Shown here piece by piece: positions 35,753 to 45,949 of a DNA stretch of 64,000 nt. The stretch spans positions 7,702-71,701 of the forward strand of contig CALRFD010000003.1 of the NCBI GenBank assembly GCA_943356485.1, read 5' to 3'. The DNA is from Patescibacteria group bacterium (GTDB lineage Bacteria; Patescibacteriota; Microgenomatia; Daviesbacterales; UBA10151). The position numbers and the translations under genes were made by a program. Numbering within the stretch: position 1 is the stretch's first letter; each line of letters starts with the position of its first letter. Below the pieces are notes generated by a model. The model saw only the letters and a program-made list of their open reading frames with translations, did no database searches and was not told the DNA's origin.

Positions 35753-37258
35753 TCAAATTCTGCAAAAATCCATTGACGGCTCAAGCCATTTTCTGCCGTC
35801 AGCTTCGATAAGTTCATCAGCTTCTTTTGGTCCCCAGGATCCCTGTTTGTAGCTATGTGCTTTTGGTTTATCTTTTATTAACGGATCAATAAAAGACCAC
35901 TGTGCCTCAACCTCTTCAGCTGTGTTAAAAAAGGTTTTATCTCCGCGGATAGTATCTGTCAGCAATCTTTCATAAGGATCAGGAATATAGTGGGAGTGTG
36001 GGTCAAGTTTATAGCAAAACTGCATATACTCATCTTCCAACTCAAGCTTATGACCGGGTTTTTTGGTGACAATTTTTAAAACTATTCCTTCATTAGGCTG
36101 GATTCTATAAATTAGTACATTTGGCTCATCACCTGAAGTAAGTCCGTGAAAAAGCCTGCTGGGGGGGTTTTTGAAAACTATAGAGATCTCTGTTACAGTT
36201 TGTTTTAGTTTTTTCCCGGCTCTAATATATATTGGGACGTTTTTAAACCGCTCACTTTTAATGTAGGTTTTTATAGCGTAGAAAGTTTCTATTTCAGATT
36301 TAGGATCAACGTTTTTCTCGAGTCTGTAATCCTCATACTGTCCAAAAACTGTTTTTTGAGCTAAAGGCTGAAGTGATTGTAGAATCTTTAACCTTTGGGT
36401 TGTAACTGCTTTACTTGAGAATTCAACAGGACAATCCATGGTGGCAAAGGCCAGCATTTGCAGCTGGTGGTTTTGGCCGACATCTTTTAGGGCCCCTACA
36501 GCATCATAATATCCACCCCTGGAGCCTATCCCAAAATCCTCGGATGCGGTAATCTGTATATGGTCAATATAATCTTTATTAATCATCGGTTCAAAAATAT
36601 CATTTGAAAATCTAAATGTTAGAATGTTTTGAATAGTTTCTTTGCCTAAATAATGGTCTAATCGATAGATTTGATCTTCGCTAAAGTATTTAAGCAATAA
36701 ATTATTTAAAGCCCGGGCAGATTGTAGATTTGTTCCTATTGGTTTTTCTATCATTAATCTGACAAAGCCATTAGTTTGTTTATTCATTTTTTGAGAATTA
36801 AGATTTTCAAAAACATGGGAGTATAGGTCAGGGTAAGTTGCCAGGTAATAAATTCTATTGTCACAATTATTTCCTGATTTTGTAAGTTTGTTTAAAAAGT
36901 CATTAAGCCTTTTGTAAAATTCAGGGTTATCAAGATGTCCGTCAATATAATGCAGTCTCTTGGCAAGATCCTCAAAGACCTCTTCCTTGATCGGGTGCGT
37001 ATGATGCAGGTTGCGTCTGTGTAAAACCTCATGGACGTATTTTTTGAAATCATCATTATTCATTACCTTTCGGGCAACTCCGATGATAGACATTTTCTCA
37101 GGCAGAAGTCCTTTTTCCGCCATATCATAGAGTACTTGAAGCAGATATTTTTGGGCAAGATTACCCGTAGCTCCGAATATAACCAGTGCAAATGAATCCA
37201 TGGGTAAAACATTACCATTTTTTAAGCCTTGTGTCATTATGTTAATATTAACTGACAA
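35753..37258 (-). CDS. zwf: Glucose-6-phosphate 1-dehydrogenase
   Basis: N-terminal Rossmann VIFGATGNLA. Active-site motif IYRLDHYLGKE. Confidence 0.9.
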   Translation of the reverse strand: MSVNINIMTQGLKNGNVLPMDSFALVIFGATGNLAQKYLLQVLYDMAEKGLLPEKMSIIGVARKVMNNDDFKKYVHEVLHRRNLHHTHPIKEEVFEDLAKRLHYIDGHLDNPEFYKRLNDFLNKLTKSGNNCDNRIYYLATYPDLYSHVFENLNSQKMNKQTNGFVRLMIEKPIGTNLQSARALNNLLLKYFSEDQIYRLDHYLGKETIQNILTFRFSNDIFEPMINKDYIDHIQITASEDFGIGSRGGYYDAVGALKDVGQNHQLQMLAFATMDCPVEFSSKAVTTQRLKILQSLQPLAQKTVFGQYEDYRLEKNVDPKSEIETFYAIKTYIKSERFKNVPIYIRAGKKLKQTVTEISIVFKNPPSRLFHGLTSGDEPNVLIYRIQPNEGIVLKIVTKKPGHKLELEDEYMQFCYKLDPHSHYIPDPYERLLTDTIRGDKTFFNTAEEVEAQWSFIDPLIKDKPKAHSYKQGSWGPKEADELIEADGRKWLEPSMDFCRI

Positions 37259-37260
37259 CT

Positions 37261-38184
37261 ATGGATAAGATAATAAGCTTGGATGAAGACGTATTAACAA
37301 CACTGGATTTCTTTACAAAAAATCCACCTCCGGATTTTGATATTAACGAATTTAACCTGCCCTTTGTCATTGGCTCCGGGAATGCTTACAACACCGGTTT
37401 GATAATTTTCTCCGGATGCTCGGCCATATTTGCCGATGAGAGCAACTTCAAACAACTAATTTCAGCTTTTAAAAAAGCAATAGAAGGCAAATTAATAACT
37501 CAGGCAGTGATTATCTCTGCCTCAGGTGAAAAAGACTCTGTTTGGGAAGTTGAACTGGCCAAAAAATTTGGCCTTGTTACCACCCTTCTAACTACAAAAG
37601 GGCAATCCTCCAGCGCTAAGTTAGCTGATAAGGTTTATGTTTTTGAGTCAATTGATGAGCCCTACACTTATAACACCTCAACTTATATGGGAATGATCTT
37701 ATCCTCTACTAAGGAAAAACCGGAAGAAATAAAAAAATATCTTGAGGCGCTTCAGTTTCCGGATAAATTTAGCAGCTACAGAGCTTATTCGTTTGTGATA
37801 CCGGATAAATATATGCACATCTGTCCGATGCTGGATATAAAAAAAAGCGAGCTGTTTGGTTCTAACCTTTCGATGAGAGCTTTTAGTCAGGGTCAGGCCA
37901 GACATGCAAAATTTGTTATCAGATCCAGTGATGAGTTAGTAATTACTTTGGGTGAAAAAAATGAATACTTTGGAGAACCGGACAGCAGGTGGGATATAGC
38001 GCTTTCGAAAGATACGGGTTTTGCCGCTATTATGGCTATTACTTACTATATTGTAGGTAAGATACAAATTGCCAAGCCCCAATATTTTAAAGAAAATATA
38101 GCAAGCTATGTTAATGACTACGGTCCAAAAGCATATGGATCAAATAAACCTTTTGATTTAATCGTTCCCGGCTCCAAGGAATAG
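37261..38184 (+). CDS. Hypothetical protein (307 aa)
   Basis: ORF with no recognised motifs. Confidence 0.3.
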   Translation: MDKIISLDEDVLTTLDFFTKNPPPDFDINEFNLPFVIGSGNAYNTGLIIFSGCSAIFADESNFKQLISAFKKAIEGKLITQAVIISASGEKDSVWEVELAKKFGLVTTLLTTKGQSSSAKLADKVYVFESIDEPYTYNTSTYMGMILSSTKEKPEEIKKYLEALQFPDKFSSYRAYSFVIPDKYMHICPMLDIKKSELFGSNLSMRAFSQGQARHAKFVIRSSDELVITLGEKNEYFGEPDSRWDIALSKDTGFAAIMAITYYIVGKIQIAKPQYFKENIASYVNDYGPKAYGSNKPFDLIVPGSKE

Positions 38185-38186
38185 AC

Positions 38187-39371
38187 TTACTCATATCTTA
38201 ATGCGGTAATCGGGTCTAACTTGGCAGCTCTAATTGCCGGTGCAACTCCAAAGACAATTCCAACGATCATTGAAAACCCAAAAGATAATAAAACTGACCA
38301 AAGGGGGACAGTGGTGGTAAAAAAGATGCCGATTATAAAAGATATTCCAACCCCAATAATAATTCCTAAAACCCCGCCTAATCCGGATAAGGTTAGCGCC
38401 TCAATTAAAAATTGGTTTCGGATATTATCCGGAGTTGCGCCGATCGCCTTGCGCAGTCCAATCTCCCTTGTCCTCTCGGTTACAGAAACAAGCATAATAT
38501 TCATGACCCCAATCCCTCCAACCAGGAGTGAAATTGCGGCAATTCCTCCTAAGGCTGCAGTTAATACACCTGTAATTTGAGAGATGGTAGATAAAGCCTG
38601 CTCCTGGGATTGGATTGTAAAATCATCTTCAGTAAGCCTTTTTTTTAAAATATTTATGGCTTTTTGTTGAATTGACTTGACGTTTTTGGAATCATTTGCA
38701 GAGATGTAAATTGTGTTTAGATTATTTAAACCAAACTGCCTCTGGGCTGCGAGGAATGGTATATATATTGAATTGTCCTGGTCAATGCCGAAAAGCGAAC
38801 CTCTTTTGTCTACAACCCCGATGATGGTGTATTTTATTCCACCTACATCCATAACCTTTCCGAGCACTTCAGAGTTATTAAAAAGGTTCTTTTTTACTGT
38901 TTGACCGATTACTGCTACTTTTCTGGCAGAATCAGCATCTGATTGTTTAAAAAACCTGCCTTCAGTCAGCTTTAGCGCGCTTATGACTTTAGGGTATGTT
39001 GCTTCTACCCCGAAAACTGCTGCGCCTTTATCATTTTTATTGGTGTACTTAAGGGTAGTGCTTCGCTGAACTGCAGCAGAAATAACTGCCTGTCCGCTTA
39101 ATTTAGCCGCTAAATTTGTAGCATCCGTATAAACTAACTTATTTGCCTGTACTCCTCCCGGTGACCGCGCTCCACCGACTCTTCCGGGGATGACAAACAT
39201 TAAGTTAGATCCTAAGCCTTGAATCTGGCTGGTAATAAAGGTCTGAAGGCCGGTTACAAGAGATATCAGCAAAATTACAGACATTACGCCAATTACAATT
39301 CCCAGTACAGTTAAAAATGAACGCAGTTTATTTGCTAATATTGCAGTTAAAGACAATTTTAAAGTTTCCAT
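38187..39371 (-). CDS. ABC transporter permease, FtsX/MacB-type
   Basis: N-terminal TM, large periplasmic domain and three C-terminal TMs. Confidence 0.8.
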   Translation of the reverse strand: METLKLSLTAILANKLRSFLTVLGIVIGVMSVILLISLVTGLQTFITSQIQGLGSNLMFVIPGRVGGARSPGGVQANKLVYTDATNLAAKLSGQAVISAAVQRSTTLKYTNKNDKGAAVFGVEATYPKVISALKLTEGRFFKQSDADSARKVAVIGQTVKKNLFNNSEVLGKVMDVGGIKYTIIGVVDKRGSLFGIDQDNSIYIPFLAAQRQFGLNNLNTIYISANDSKNVKSIQQKAINILKKRLTEDDFTIQSQEQALSTISQITGVLTAALGGIAAISLLVGGIGVMNIMLVSVTERTREIGLRKAIGATPDNIRNQFLIEALTLSGLGGVLGIIIGVGISFIIGIFFTTTVPLWSVLLSFGFSMIVGIVFGVAPAIRAAKLDPITALRYE

Positions 39372-40045
39372 TATTTTATAATCTCTCCATCTTTTAGCCT
39401 AATAATTCTCCTGGCATTCCTGGCAATATCGTCTTCATGGGTAATCATTATTATGGTCTTTCCCTCCGCGTTTAGCTTATGGAATATCTTCATAATTTCC
39501 ACTCCTGATTTTGAATCCAGGTTTCCGGTTGGTTCATCTGCCAAAATTATTTCCGGATTAGTTACAAGAGCCCTGGCTATTGCTACTCTTTGCTGTTGGC
39601 CTCCTGATAACTGATTAGGATGAGAATTTAGCTTTTCACTTAAGCCTACTTGCAAAAGAGCCTGCTTTGCCCTTTCCATTCGCTCCGACGAGGCTACTTT
39701 AGCATAAATTAATGGTAGAGCTACATTATCAATAGCTGATGTTCGAGAAAGCAGGTTGAAGGATTGAAAAACAAAACCAATTTTTTTATTTCTTATTCCT
39801 GCCAACTTTCCTTCCTTAAGGTGAGAGGAATCTTCTCCGTCAAGAGTATAAGATCCGCTGGTAGGATGGTCAAGTAAACCGATTAAGTTCATTAGAGTTG
39901 ACTTGCCGGAACCTGAAGCGCCGATAATAGCTACAAACTCACCTTTTTTAACTTCCAGGTTTATGTCCTTTAAAGCCTGGAATGATACCTCTCCGGTTTG
40001 ATAAATTTTATTTATCTTTGAAAGTTTAACCACAACTTTACTCAT
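39371..40045 (-). CDS. ABC transporter ATP-binding protein (MacB/LolD-type)
   Basis: Walker [10 protein letters not shown], signature [15 protein letters not shown], Walker [12 protein letters not shown]. Confidence 0.9.
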   Translation of the reverse strand: MSKVVVKLSKINKIYQTGEVSFQALKDINLEVKKGEFVAIIGASGSGKSTLMNLIGLLDHPTSGSYTLDGEDSSHLKEGKLAGIRNKKIGFVFQSFNLLSRTSAIDNVALPLIYAKVASSERMERAKQALLQVGLSEKLNSHPNQLSGGQQQRVAIARALVTNPEIILADEPTGNLDSKSGVEIMKIFHKLNAEGKTIIMITHEDDIARNARRIIRLKDGEIIK

Positions 40046-41082
40046 TTGTTTAACTTAGTTCCTGGTGCCGGGGGACTCAGAAGAACCTTATCTCCCTCAC
40101 TTAAGCCTGATTTTACCTCTACATCAGTATCTGAGGAGATTCCAACTTCTATTTTTTTCTCGACCAGTTTGTTATCCTGCGAAACTACAACGCTTTGATC
40201 TTCCCTCAATGCCTCCTGTGGGATCGTTAAAGCATTGTTGGATCTGGCATAAATAATTGCCGACTCACCGGATAAGCCGTTTACAAAAGTGAGCTTAGGG
40301 TTATCTAGAATAATTCTGACTGTTACAACTGTAGCGCCGGATGAGGTAGTTTTTGTTTGAGGCAGGATTTGATCAACCATACCTTTAAATATTTCTTTTG
40401 GATATGCATCTAAGCTAACTTCAGCTGGGGCACCTACTGTTATGTGATTAATATCAGCCTCATCCACATCAGTATCAAAGTAAATTGAAGAAGTGTCGAC
40501 TACTTGTGCTATTAGGTCTGTCGTGGTGATATTTTGCCCTGTAACCTGAATGGCTTGAGTAACTATGCCGGATAAAGGAGAAGTAATAACAGCTTCCTCA
40601 AGCGCTCTTTGAGCATTTTTTACGCTGTCAAAAGCAGAGTCCCTTGTTGCCTGGGCTGTTGTCCTGGTTACTTTTTGGGCAAAGGATTCATCTGATGAGT
40701 GATCCTTTACATCATCGACTGCTTTCTCCGCAATTGCCTGTTTATCCCGGTAAGTATTTTGTGCCTGCTGCAATGCTATTGTTAGCTCTTTAGTATCTAA
40801 TCCGGCGATTGTCCGGTACTGCTTAATCGGATCTCCAATTTTTACATTTATAAAGGATAGCTTTCCAGAAGATTTAAACTTCAAGTTAGCTATATTTTTG
40901 CCTGTTAGATTGCCTGAGGATGAGACTGAAGAACGGATATCCTGTTTTTTTACATTAGTAAATTGCAAAGGCGTCTGTTTCTTTCTCCCAAAAAACCAAA
41001 ACCCTAAACCAGCCAGAAGAACTAAAGCAACCAGAATAATTAACTTTTTTCTGCTTGGTTTTAAAAGGTTTGGGATTTTCAT
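40042..41082 (-). CDS. HlyD-family periplasmic adaptor (MacA-like)
   Basis: N-terminal TM anchor, coiled-coil segment and beta-rich C-terminal region. Forms an operon with the ABC ATPase and permease. Confidence 0.65.
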   Translation of the reverse strand: MKIPNLLKPSRKKLIILVALVLLAGLGFWFFGRKKQTPLQFTNVKKQDIRSSVSSSGNLTGKNIANLKFKSSGKLSFINVKIGDPIKQYRTIAGLDTKELTIALQQAQNTYRDKQAIAEKAVDDVKDHSSDESFAQKVTRTTAQATRDSAFDSVKNAQRALEEAVITSPLSGIVTQAIQVTGQNITTTDLIAQVVDTSSIYFDTDVDEADINHITVGAPAEVSLDAYPKEIFKGMVDQILPQTKTTSSGATVVTVRIILDNPKLTFVNGLSGESAIIYARSNNALTIPQEALREDQSVVVSQDNKLVEKKIEVGISSDTDVEVKSGLSEGDKVLLSPPAPGTKLNK

Positions 41083-41137
41083 TAAGTAGTTATTTTAACT
41101 CTTTTCAGCCTTAAATAAAATCCACCAAACTCTTACT

Positions 41138-41170
41138 CACCTGGGGGGTGTATTAGCTTGACACCTAGGG
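41138..41170. repeat. REP-like family 2 copy, inverted orientation
   Basis: Reverse complement CCCTAGGTGTCAAGCTAATACACCCCCCAGGTG. Confidence 0.65.
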
Positions 41171-41192
41171 AATTTTGTTATATTTTTAATAT

Positions 41193-41858
41193 ATGCCAGG
41201 GAGATTACTACCCTTAGTTACGAATGAAATATACCATATCTACAATAGGGGGATTAACCGGCAACCGACTTTTACAAATAAAAGAGAATGTGATAGGGCT
41301 ATTGAGACTATAAAATTTTATAGATTTGCTGATTTACCCTTAAGATTATCCAAATTTCTTTTACTTGAACAGAAGAAACAAAAGGAAACCGCTGAAAGTT
41401 TAGCTAAATCACTAGTAGAGATTCTTGCTTTTTGTTTGATGCCAAATCATTTTCATTTTTTGCTTCGGCAACAAGAAGACGGCGGTATTGCCACATTTAT
41501 AGGTAAGTTTCTAAATAGCTACACTCGATATTTTAATACTGTAAATAAGAGGGATGGTTCTCTATTCCTTGACCAGTTTAAAGCTGTTAGGGTGGAAACT
41601 GATGAACAACTGGTTCATGTTTCAAGGTATATCCATTTAAATCCATACACAGGTTATGTTATTAAGACTCTTGATGAGCTTCAATTATATCGATATTCTT
41701 CATTTAAGGATTACATTGATAATGATGAAACATTTGTTACAACAGACTTGATTCTAGGACTTTTTAAGGATAAAAATTTGTATAAGCAATTTGTTCTCGA
41801 TCAGGCAGATTATCAAAGAAGATTAAAGGACATTGAGCATCTTGCACTAGAGGCATGA
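41193..41858 (+). CDS. RayT-like HUH tyrosine transposase, paralog 2
   Basis: YHIYNRG, HUH motif MPNHFHFLL, VSRYIHLNPYTGY. 221 aa. Confidence 0.8.
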   Translation: MPGRLLPLVTNEIYHIYNRGINRQPTFTNKRECDRAIETIKFYRFADLPLRLSKFLLLEQKKQKETAESLAKSLVEILAFCLMPNHFHFLLRQQEDGGIATFIGKFLNSYTRYFNTVNKRDGSLFLDQFKAVRVETDEQLVHVSRYIHLNPYTGYVIKTLDELQLYRYSSFKDYIDNDETFVTTDLILGLFKDKNLYKQFVLDQADYQRRLKDIEHLALEA

Positions 41859-41863
41859 TTTTC

Positions 41864-41898
41864 CCCTAGGTGACCTATATTCTACACCCCCCAGGTGT
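41864..41898 (+). repeat. REP-like family 2 copy
   Basis: CCCTAGGTGACCTATATTCTACACCCCCCAGGTG. Confidence 0.65.
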
Positions 41899-41905
41899 AT
41901 TTTGC

Positions 41906-43096
41906 TCAGCGCTTTATGAACAGAACTGCATTTGGGATATTTCTGCCAGGTCCGGCTTTATAGCCACCAGACCAAAGAGCTGTTGATCCGCCTTCATCTA
42001 AATTTAGCGCTTGATCGATGCCTAAAGTATGCAGAACCTTCGCGCTCTCACCCATGGTGGCGTTATAAATTACTCCGATATAAACATTCTTACCTTTTGT
42101 GGCAATAAATGACCTGGCACCCTTTGCCCCAAATTTCGGCTCATTAGCTGCCTCAGTAAAGTTTATGTTGCCTCCGGCTATCAAAAGTGGGTAGTTGGCG
42201 ATGACTGAGTCTACTCCGGTGTCACGTCCCCATTCCAGGGACTGGCTAACAAACCTGCCGGAACCAGGAGAAAAGATAGCTGCAGGTATAGTTGAGTAAA
42301 CATTATTGTCAGAATTAAAATAGTGTTTATTTTTATTCATTAATAGCGTATCAAAAGAATTAGTTTTACCGGCGCAGCTGGGATATTCAGGTGGGCAGAA
42401 AAAGGATCCATTTATGCCGGCAAAAGCTCCATTTCGGGAAACATAATCAGCTAAGGGCATTACCGGACAATTATTAGCACAATCTGATTCAGATGCCGTA
42501 TCAACAATAACTTTGGTTGAATTTAAGTCTGCAGCAATTATAGCCACAGGATAATTTTGTCCATCAGTACTGACTGTTTGATATGAAAAACCACCTCCCG
42601 GAGGGTTGTTGCTAGCCTGCGCATTACTAGTTGTTGTAGTAGAGGATGTATTAATCGCTAGTTTAGCCTGGATTTGTTGGATTTGAGTGTTTAAATCCGC
42701 TAAAGTGGCTGAACCTGAAGCATAATTTTTATCTGCCAGATATTTAACAATTTGGGCATACAAGGGGTCTAGCTTTGAAGTATCCTGTTTTTGAGCCTTT
42801 AAATCAGTCAACTTCTCGTATGTAGAAGCCGTATCGCTATATGTTTTATTTACTTTTTTAATTTCATCTTCCAGAGCGTCATTTCTTTTCACCTGGTCTA
42901 CGTTTTTAAGCTGATCCAGCTCCTTGTTTGACTCTGCCAGATTATGCTCCAGATTTTTCTTGTCCTGCTGGAATTGATGAAGGTTTTGATAATAAAAGGC
43001 ACCAGCAGACAGAGCAGCAACTATACTTACACAGGCTAAAACAAGAGATATTTTTTTGGTTATTAATAAAGGATAGAGCTTATTAAGTATTTTCAT
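41906..43096 (-). CDS. Phosphodiester glycosidase-family (DUF2233/NAGPA-like) protein with N-terminal TM and coiled coil
   Basis: C-terminal domain with the NLDEGGS motif typical of the family. N-terminal signal-anchor. Confidence 0.7.
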   Translation of the reverse strand: MKILNKLYPLLITKKISLVLACVSIVAALSAGAFYYQNLHQFQQDKKNLEHNLAESNKELDQLKNVDQVKRNDALEDEIKKVNKTYSDTASTYEKLTDLKAQKQDTSKLDPLYAQIVKYLADKNYASGSATLADLNTQIQQIQAKLAINTSSTTTTSNAQASNNPPGGGFSYQTVSTDGQNYPVAIIAADLNSTKVIVDTASESDCANNCPVMPLADYVSRNGAFAGINGSFFCPPEYPSCAGKTNSFDTLLMNKNKHYFNSDNNVYSTIPAAIFSPGSGRFVSQSLEWGRDTGVDSVIANYPLLIAGGNINFTEAANEPKFGAKGARSFIATKGKNVYIGVIYNATMGESAKVLHTLGIDQALNLDEGGSTALWSGGYKAGPGRNIPNAVLFIKR

Positions 43097-43150
43097 TTTG
43101 ATTTAGCCTCACAAGTCTTCGACCCTGAGGGCTTTGACGGTGAACTCAGT

Positions 43151-43726
43151 CTAATCGCTCAGACCCGAAGGGGCGAGGCCTTGCGTGTCTAATATTGTGA
43201 TTATTTTATCCATTGTTTTATCTAGCTTTCCCGGCGTATTCTCTAATACGTAATCATAATTATTTCTATATTGCTCCCATATACTCTTATCATCCTGCAT
43301 ACGTTTTTCTATTTCGACACTACTTAAACCACGCATCCTTAGTCTTTGGAGAATAGTTTCATCATCTGTGTTGATATATATAACCAATAATTTAGCATCT
43401 CCCAATAATTCTCTTACTGATCCGGCGCGGGAGGGATCTATTTTCCAGATTAGGTTCTGAGTATTACTTAGAAATTGTGATTTCTCTGTACCATACAAAT
43501 TGCCGCCATATTCGACATATTCTAAAAATTCTTTGTTTTGAACCTTTTTTCTAAATTCATCTTCCGAAAGGAAGAGATAATCTACTCCGTTTTTTTCTCC
43601 CTGCCTTGGTGTTCTGGAGGTTGTAGTAAGCACTTTTTTAAAAGCAGGATATTTTTGTAGAATATTTGAGATAATTGTATCTTTTCCGGAAGCTGTTTTA
43701 CCTGTGAGGATTAGTATTAAGCTCAT
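43151..43726 (-). CDS. P-loop nucleoside/nucleotide kinase (guanylate-kinase-like)
   Basis: N-terminal ILTGKTASGKDT P-loop. About 190 aa. Confidence 0.4.
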   Translation of the reverse strand: MSLILILTGKTASGKDTIISNILQKYPAFKKVLTTTSRTPRQGEKNGVDYLFLSEDEFRKKVQNKEFLEYVEYGGNLYGTEKSQFLSNTQNLIWKIDPSRAGSVRELLGDAKLLVIYINTDDETILQRLRMRGLSSVEIEKRMQDDKSIWEQYRNNYDYVLENTPGKLDKTMDKIITILDTQGLAPSGLSD

Positions 43727-44091
43727 TTTCTATCTGATAAGGATGTTAGACTCTCAAGAGAAAAGTCTTTATAGATAATCTTTTTATGACCTTTTGGCAT
43801 GTTCGTTAATCCCTGGATAATTCCGCCTACGAGTATTCCTCTGGTAAACATAAAATCCAATATTCCGGTGGTGGCGTAAAATGAAGCAAATAAAAGTATG
43901 GACAGACTCACCCAATGGTGTAGGTGGAAAACCCTTCCGAACATATAAACTCTTATTGCAGGAAAGATATGCACTCTTTTTTTAATTATAATATTAGGCA
44001 TCTTTTTTCTAAATTTAGACCCCGGGTGAGACGTGACCTTGAATGTAAGGTAACCTAATGCTGTTGCAGGTATGATTGATAAATATTCCAT
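43723..44091 (-). CDS. Small membrane hypothetical protein
   Basis: ORF with two TM segments. Confidence 0.3.
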   Translation of the reverse strand: MEYLSIIPATALGYLTFKVTSHPGSKFRKKMPNIIIKKRVHIFPAIRVYMFGRVFHLHHWVSLSILLFASFYATTGILDFMFTRGILVGGIIQGLTNMPKGHKKIIYKDFSLESLTSLSDRK

Positions 44092-44285
44092 AAATAAGTT
44101 CTGTATTTATTCTATGACAACCAACTACTAAAAATCAAATTGAGCTTAAATAGTTATTGTTTTAAAATACAATAACTTATTATAGCAGAAAATAATAACA
44201 ATAGCAACCTATAGTAGATAAGTAATGATTCAGACTTTTTGATAAGTACCTGAAAAAAATTAGCCTCTTCTGATATAATCAACAT

Positions 44286-44837
44286 ATGAAGCTAAAAATT
44301 AAGAGTGCCCTGAGGATTTGGTTTCCAGTTGCATTTGTTGCAACAATACTTTCAGTTCTAATCTATCTGTCAATTCAACAAAGCTTTAGGCTCTCCGCAA
44401 ATGATCCGCAGATTCAAATAGCTGAGGATAATGCCCAGCTTTTATTAAATGGTAAAAGTGTTCAGGAAGTTATCGGTCAACTTCAGGTAGATATCTCAAA
44501 GAGCCTTAGTCCCTTTATTATTATCTTTGATGACTCTACAAAGCCGGTCGCCTCACAGGCAGTATTAGAGGGGAGAATACCGACTCCTCCAACCGGAGTT
44601 TTTACTTACACAAAGCAGCACAAACAGGATCGAATTACCTGGGAGCCAAAACCTGGTGTAAGGATAGCTGCAATTTTAGTGCATTTTGAAGGGGCAAATC
44701 CGGGTTTTATTTTAGTAGGCAGATCCCTTCGGGAAACTGAAAATAGGGAATCTCGCCTGGGTTTACAGGTACTTTTGATCTCTTCTTTAGCATTAGTAGG
44801 CTCACTGGCAGTAGGGGTAATTAGTACAATTAAGTAA
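44286..44837 (+). CDS. Hypothetical membrane-anchored protein
   Basis: N-terminal TM and C-terminal TM. Confidence 0.3.
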   Translation: MKLKIKSALRIWFPVAFVATILSVLIYLSIQQSFRLSANDPQIQIAEDNAQLLLNGKSVQEVIGQLQVDISKSLSPFIIIFDDSTKPVASQAVLEGRIPTPPTGVFTYTKQHKQDRITWEPKPGVRIAAILVHFEGANPGFILVGRSLRETENRESRLGLQVLLISSLALVGSLAVGVISTIK

Positions 44838-44853
44838 GTGGTATAATGTTTTA

Positions 44854-45093
44854 ATGAGTACACAGGATTTTTTAAACATCTTTCTGGCTATAGGTTTTAT
44901 TGTAATAACTATTTGTGTTGTGTATGCATCCTACTATTTTGTACAGGCGCTAAAATCAATAACTGATTTAACAGAGAATATCGATGAAACAACCCAAAGT
45001 ATAAAAGATAGACTTCAAATGAAGGCTTTGGCAGCAATACCTGCACTTTTAGTAAGTTTAGTCGCAAGGATTATAAAGAAGAAAAGGGGGTGA
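44854..45093 (+). CDS. Small TM plus coiled-coil protein (DUF948-like)
   Basis: Architecture only. Confidence 0.3.
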   Translation: MSTQDFLNIFLAIGFIVITICVVYASYYFVQALKSITDLTENIDETTQSIKDRLQMKALAAIPALLVSLVARIIKKKRG

Positions 45094-45102
45094 AATTAAT
45101 AT

Positions 45103-45372
45103 ATGGCAAAAGATAACAAAGGAGTAAATCCTCTGGCAACAGGAATTGCCGGGGCAATTATTGGCGCAGCTGCCGGAGTAGCAGCTATGGCATTGTCTGA
45201 TGAAAAAAATAGGAAGAAAGCAGAAAAAGTTTTAGGAGATTTGGAAAAAGAAGGCGCAAAGGTTTTTCAGGAGATTAAAAGGGTAGCATTGGAGCTAAAG
45301 GAAAAAGGAGTTAAGCAGTCACCGGAGGCTAAAAAAAAGTTAAAGAAACCGCTTAAGAAAAAGGTGGGGTAG
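45103..45372 (+). CDS. YtxH-like small protein (Gly/Ala-rich TM plus Lys/Glu-rich helix)
   Basis: GIAGAIIGAAAGVAAMAL, then KKAEKVLGDLEKEG. Confidence 0.35.
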   Translation: MAKDNKGVNPLATGIAGAIIGAAAGVAAMALSDEKNRKKAEKVLGDLEKEGAKVFQEIKRVALELKEKGVKQSPEAKKKLKKPLKKKVG

Positions 45373-45907
45373 TTTCTTTGGATTGGGTTTTTAGACTGCG
45401 TACTTTATCATTATCGTCATCATCCCGAAACGATTTATCTACGATTTGATTGATTAAGCTAATGGTTAATTTATCAGAAAATCCTCCGATAAATGCAAAT
45501 ACGTCCAGCAGTTCAGTGTTTTTAATACTGGAAGTGCCATTTAAAAATATTGATCCACTTACAGCCAGGAAATAAATTAAACCTCCCATGACAACACCAA
45601 TTACAGGCTTTGCTACAATCCAGGAGGTAAAATTTGTTTTATCCAGTGTGTGCGGATGATATGCCAGCTGATAAAGTACACCCATCATGCCTCCGATAAA
45701 TGCCCATTCCAAAACATCAATTGGGACATAAGCTATAGAAAAACTATGCTGATTCCATAAAAGATAAGTTCCAACAGAGATTATAGTTAAAAAAGACACG
45801 GTGTAAATAAAAGTAATCCAAAAAAGTTTAAGGCTTTGCACTCTTATTTTTTTTCTGGATTTTTTTAAAGGTTTTTTTTGTGGCATAGTCTCCGGCAACT
45901 TCCGCAA
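45353..45907 (-). CDS. Hypothetical multi-TM membrane protein
   Basis: ORF with 4-5 TM segments. Confidence 0.35.
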   Translation of the reverse strand: MRKLPETMPQKKPLKKSRKKIRVQSLKLFWITFIYTVSFLTIISVGTYLLWNQHSFSIAYVPIDVLEWAFIGGMMGVLYQLAYHPHTLDKTNFTSWIVAKPVIGVVMGGLIYFLAVSGSIFLNGTSSIKNTELLDVFAFIGGFSDKLTISLINQIVDKSFRDDDDNDKVRSLKTQSKETTPPFS

Positions 45908-45949
45908 TATATTATTATCGGCTAGTTCCTGTCAACAGCTGCCCTTCCT

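Larger units (their letters stand above)
41138..41898. mobile_element. REP-RayT-REP unit (REPtron-like), family 2
   Basis: Upstream CACCTGGGGGGTGTATTAGCTTGACACCTAGGG (41138-41170) is the inverted counterpart of downstream CCCTAGGTGACCTATATTCTACACCCCCCAGGTG (41864-41898). Confidence 0.65.

Noticed and set aside
44100-44285. Very AT-rich 185-bp intergenic region as a possible replication origin or strong promoter
   Set aside because: No DnaA-box-like 9-mers (TTATCCACA-type) and no dnaA/dnaN context. The TTGATA ... TATAAT pair is about 29 nt apart. More likely just an AT-rich divergent promoter region.
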